Positions 62,458 through 64,000 of a stretch of DNA of 64,000 bases are shown one piece after another. The notes below the pieces were generated by a model. The model saw only the letters and a program-made list of their open reading frames with translations. It was not told the DNA's origin and ran no database searches. The translations under genes were made by a program, and so were the position numbers. The stretch lies in assembly GCA_965140785.1 (NCBI GenBank), contig OZ223519.1, forward strand, positions 128,001 through 192,000, read 5' to 3'. Each line of letters opens with the position of its first letter. Within the stretch, counting starts at the first letter, position 1. This stretch comes from an uncultured Ruficoccus sp. (GTDB taxonomy: Bacteria > Verrucomicrobiota > Verrucomicrobiia > Opitutales > Cerasicoccaceae).

Positions 62458-62745
62458 TTACCTAAGTGGAGCAATACTACGGCCCACACCAATTCTTAAT
62501 TGGTCAGCGTATCCTTGGGCCACACGAGCAGCATCAGCATTTGATATATTAGGATTACTCTCTATAATGCGATCAAGTTTACTCCAGACCGCGTCATTGT
62601 AAAGCGGATGCTGCGTCCAATGTTGCCCAGGCCCAAGCCTGATTCCGTTATTTTTAGAATAACTACCCAAGTCAAGGGAGCTATCAGCATTTAAATGATT
62701 AACATGACCCTTGTGCCTGCCATAAACATGGGTGGGGCCAGCCAT
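62458..62745 (-). pseudogene. orphan C-terminal fragment of an AHH-type (HNH/EndoVII superfamily) nuclease toxin
   Basis: NNGIRL...HWTQHPLYNDAVWSKL.RI pattern; upstream AHH triad and delivery domain absent. Confidence 0.6.
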
Positions 62746-62766
62746 GTGTGAGGCATGAGACAATGT

Positions 62767-62851
62767 CGGTCCGACGTTTTGGGCGTAGCCCGGACGTTGG
62801 ACCGAGGGTGCAGCCCTCGGCTACCGCGGGTCTGGGGCGCGGAGCCCCAGA
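62767..62851. repeat. multi-hairpin element abutting the yjbQ-like stop
   Basis: TCGGTCCGACGT...ACGTTGGACCGA, GAGGGT-GCA-GCCCTC, TCTGGGGC-GCGGA-GCCCCAGA. Confidence 0.65.
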
Positions 62852-62852
62852 A

Positions 62853-63281
62853 TCATTCGCCGATGATTTTGATGAGGGCGCGTTTTTTGCGTTTGCCGTC
62901 GAACTCGCCATAAAAGATCTGCTCCCAGGGGCCGAAGTCGAGGCGGCCCTCGGTCACGGCGACGGTGACGTCACGGCCCATGATGGTGCGCTTGAGGTGG
63001 GCGTCGGCGTTGTCCTCGTAGCCGTTGTGGGCGTACTGGTCGTGGGGCTTTTCCGGGGCGAGCTTCTCCAGCCAGCGCTCGAAGTCGGCGTGCAGGCCGG
63101 ACTCGTCGTCGTTGATAAAGACGCTGGCGCTGATGTGCATGGCATTGACCAGGCACAACCCCTCCTGGATGCCACTCTCGCGCAGGGCGGTTTCGACCTC
63201 GTGGGTGATGTTGATCAACTGGCGGCGTTGCGGGATGTTGAACCAGAGTTCCTTGCGGTAAGATTTCATAGGCCGGATCAA
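62853..63281 (-). CDS. YjbQ/UPF0047 family protein
   Basis: [39 protein letters not shown]. Confidence 0.9.
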   Translation of the reverse strand: MIRPMKSYRKELWFNIPQRRQLINITHEVETALRESGIQEGLCLVNAMHISASVFINDDESGLHADFERWLEKLAPEKPHDQYAHNGYEDNADAHLKRTIMGRDVTVAVTEGRLDFGPWEQIFYGEFDGKRKKRALIKIIGE

Positions 63282-63284
63282 ATG

Positions 63285-63803
63285 TCAGTCAGCGGTTGGT
63301 GGATCAGCTACGAGGGCCTTGTTGCGGTAGCGAACGATTTTGATCTCGTCGTTCTCGCGCAGGATGGCCACCGGCTCGAACAACTGCTCGAACGGCGGCA
63401 GAAAGGTGTCGCCCGCGTAGTCGCCTTTGACGTGGGTGAGCAGGAGCTCGCAGCAGGCGGGCAGGGTCTCGGCGAAGAGCTGGGCGCCGCCGATGATGAA
63501 CAGCTCGCCCTTGTCGGGCAGGCCGTCCAGCTCGTCGAGGCCGTTGATCACGGTAAAGCCCGGCGCCGGGAGGTTCGGCTGGCTGGTGATGACGACGTTG
63601 TGGCGGCGGGGCAGGGGCTTACCGATGCTCTCCATCGTGCGGCGGCCCATCACGAGGGTGTGGCCGGTCGTGGTCTGCTTGAAAAAAGCCAGGTCCTCGG
63701 GGATGCGCCAGGGTAGCCCGCCCTTGAGGCCGATAGCGCGGTTTTTATCGGCCATTGCGACAATGGCTTTCCAGGGCTTGATGGTGGAGGCGGAGGGTGG
63801 CAT
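63285..63803 (-). CDS. folA: dihydrofolate reductase
   Basis: AIGLKGGLPWRIPEDLAFFK, VMGRRTMESIGKPLPRR, IIGGAQLF, GDTFLP. Confidence 0.95.
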   Translation of the reverse strand: MPPSASTIKPWKAIVAMADKNRAIGLKGGLPWRIPEDLAFFKQTTTGHTLVMGRRTMESIGKPLPRRHNVVITSQPNLPAPGFTVINGLDELDGLPDKGELFIIGGAQLFAETLPACCELLLTHVKGDYAGDTFLPPFEQLFEPVAILRENDEIKIVRYRNKALVADPPTAD

Positions 63804-63815
63804 GGGCGGCGAAAT

Positions 63816-64000
63816 TTACACAGCGATGGGGGCCTTGATCGCAGGGTGGGGGTCGTAGCCGATCAGTTCGACATCGGCGTAGTCAAAGTCTTCCAGCCGC
63901 TGGACGGTGGGGTTGAGCTTAACCTGCGGCAGCGGGCGCGGCTCGCGGGCGAGCTGTTCCTCGACTTGGTTAAAATGGTTCTGGTACAGGTGCAGGTCGC
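63816..64000 (-). CDS. thyA: thymidylate synthase, C-terminal part (truncated by the window end)
   Basis: Manual translation DLHLYQNH...[10 protein letters not shown]...[14 protein letters not shown]; upstream of folA. Confidence 0.93.
   Translation of the reverse strand, partial: DLHLYQNHFNQVEEQLAREPRPLPQVKLNPTVQRLEDFDYADVELIGYDPHPAIKAPIAV

Overview
GC-rich bacterial chromosomal window, most consistent with Verrucomicrobiota/Opitutales (inferred from the PEP-CTERM proteins, a prepilin H-X9-DG protein and DUF5069/SHD1-like proteins). It carries: (i) a divergent methylmalonyl-CoA cluster (mutAB <- -> mce and a Na+-translocating decarboxylase mmdA/D/C/B, whose beta subunit has an unusual ~130-aa insertion); (ii) housekeeping genes (rplU/rpmA, dapF, family-B DNA polymerase, rnr, CBS-type pyrophosphatase, glyA/rpiB/LMW phosphatase, purD, mpl, argA, xerD, folA, partial thyA); (iii) a variable region between xerD and tRNA-Ser(GGA) with three PEP-CTERM genes plus one remnant, a diverged ~370-bp duplication of the RhlE-like helicase leader and 5' end, and IS-type terminal repeats around a YeiH-LysR-C26 peptidase block; (iv) a nuoB-N operon that lacks nuoA and contains a small extra membrane ORF; (v) an AT-rich orphan AHH-nuclease tip/DUF4274 pair. 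Many intergenic gaps hold small palindromic elements of at least three kinds: tandem-unit inverted repeats, multi-hairpin elements, and a GTCATCCTGAGC-type REP. No CRISPR array, rRNA or intact transposase was seen. All family assignments come from motif recognition by eye, not from database searches.
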